Source of the DNA: Stegostoma tigrinum
Lineage: Eukaryota
Direction: 5' to 3'
Assembly: GCF_030684315.1 (NCBI RefSeq)
Contig: NC_081365.1
Location: forward strand, 35,305,394 to 35,369,393
DNA: 64,000 bases
This document shows positions 62,300 to 64,000 of the stretch, piece after piece (position 1 is the stretch's first letter; every line of letters begins with the position of its first letter). The position numbers and the translations under genes were made by a program. Below the pieces are notes generated by a model. The model did not search any database, was not told where the DNA came from, and saw nothing but the letters and a program-made list of their open reading frames with translations.

Positions 62300-63500
62300 T
62301 GTATGACAGCACAGGCTGCCTCCACGCAGGAATTTTAGAGATCTTCTGTAACTCCTTTTTACCATTCTTCCATGCTTAATAACACTTTGTGAATGCTAAT
62401 AGCTGGGCTTTTACATCAGCAGTCTCTTTGAGGTGGTCGGTTTGTTCCAATCTTTGGTTAAGTTTGATTTATATTAGCTCCTTTTGATACTTCAAGCTTC
62501 ACCAAATATTCTGCATCGCTGCAAGTTTTATAGGTTAGTTCACTAAGTAACAGATGAAAAACTCTTGAGCGTTTCCATGGCTGTTAATGAGACCCTTTCC
62601 ACCTTTCAGGTGCCAATCATGTGAATCAGTAATTTCTACACATTGAATACTGCCATATTTCAACTTAAACTTAACCATTTCCTTTTCTCTGGATAGCTAT
62701 ATATTAACTGCTAGCATTTTGAACTAATGCCTAATGGGGTTGTTCTAAGGTTTAAAGTCTTTCCTTTAAATGTGTCCTCTTTATATTGGTGTTTCCTGTG
62801 CCCAACTGTAAAGACATTTTGTATAGAGTTGCCTTCTGCCAATGTAGTTGGAGCATCATCTGCTCTTTTAGAAGCTCCATGAACTCATGTTGTAGCTCCA
62901 AGGCTTCTTTCCTGCATGATTGAAAACCCTTCCTAACAGTAATCTAAGATATCTCAAATGTTGTGGCAACTTTGCTGTCTGTAGAAACATTCGAGGCTTT
63001 GCTGGTATTCTTCCATCATTGAACTAATATAAGGCCTTCTCCTGTAATCCTGCAGGGAAAAATTTCTTCAACTAACTGTTTCCTGCAGTTGTTACATATT
63101 CCGGTTGGCTATGTAAAATGGATAGATAATTTTCCCACTTCTTTACTTTCTCCAACAAAGCAATAATGTTCCTCAAAAGAAACAGCAGAAATTTCATGAA
63201 TAGTGTGCTTGAGTCCAAGACTACAGGAAGGTTTAAGGTCTCTCCTCCACTAAATGAACAACATGAGTGGTGGGTTCCTACTTACAACAAATCAGGGTCT
63301 AGTGATTGCTCACCTTCAACGTTACTGCCTTTTCTCCATCATTTGGAGCCTCTCTTTTGCAAGAAATGAAGGGTCTGTATTATTTTCTTGTTGTCTTATG
63401 GCTGGAATGACTGTAGTGAAGAGGAATTCCTAGTGCAGAGTCAACTTCAATGTATTTGCTGTCTGCTATTGATTGAAAAATATTCAAAGCTTTATAAAGC
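62300..63500 (-). mobile_element. Possible very old RTE-like LINE remnant
   Basis: Faint minus-strand motifs: ADD near 62850, EMVKFKLKYGSI near 62660; heavily degraded. Confidence 0.3.
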
Positions 63501-64000
63501 TCCTCTTAATTAAAAAAGATTTTAAATGACATACAAGGTTTCTATGATGTGTATTCTATTATAGCAAGTTTAGAATGCATCTGACTGCTCTCTGATTGTA
63601 ACATCTCCAAAGTTCCAAAATTTAACTAGGATCATATGAAAATTTTTGGCCTCGACCAGGGTTTAGCATCTGAAAGGATAGATACACCTACCCTGTATCA
63701 AATTTAAAATTAGCTTTCTTGCTTTTAACTACAATATCTGCACACCAGAATTTGTCTTAGGACTTTAAAAAATCAATGGGCCTATTACATGCCCAAGAAT
63801 AATTCGTCCTGCTACTCAGTGTCCTCTAATATCTAGGCACTAGAAACTTTTTCTGGTCTACTTCCCCTTTTTTTGCGGCTGACACTACAACTCTGTACTG
63901 GTCTTAGCAATCATGACCCTCTATGATACTGGTTGGGCTTAGATTTTCTGAGTTTACTCCTTCAGCCATGTTCTGTATTTCACACACTTTCCACTGGACA

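Overview
Vertebrate genomic DNA, very likely a cartilaginous fish (shark), inferred from the HE1/V-SINE and the CR1 and Penelope repeat set. Two intact spliced genes lie tail-to-tail. POPDC2 is on + with CDS exons 18531-19024, 26308-26416 and 28339-28767. It also has a hidden alternative last exon at 35886-35959, reached from an internal GT donor at 28676, which gives the ...GQAPLAPTQTPEL C-terminus. TAF13 is on - with 4 exons (47706 to 39763, 124 aa). The rest is mostly retroelements: CR1, Tx1/L1-like and L2-like LINE fragments, SINEs, a decayed 5S rRNA copy and a Gypsy protease relic. The most striking component is more than 20 pieces of at least three Neptune-type Penelope-like element (PLE) families. 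Their terminal repeats (pLTRs) carry minimal type-I hammerhead ribozyme cores with family-specific compensating stems. Many copies are fold-back (inverted) insertions with 11-16 bp target-site duplications (TSDs) and a reproducible ~35-nt asymmetric tail. One pLTR insertion has copied 122 bp of local genomic DNA from 575 bp upstream. Coordinates were read by eye; repeat boundaries are approximate.
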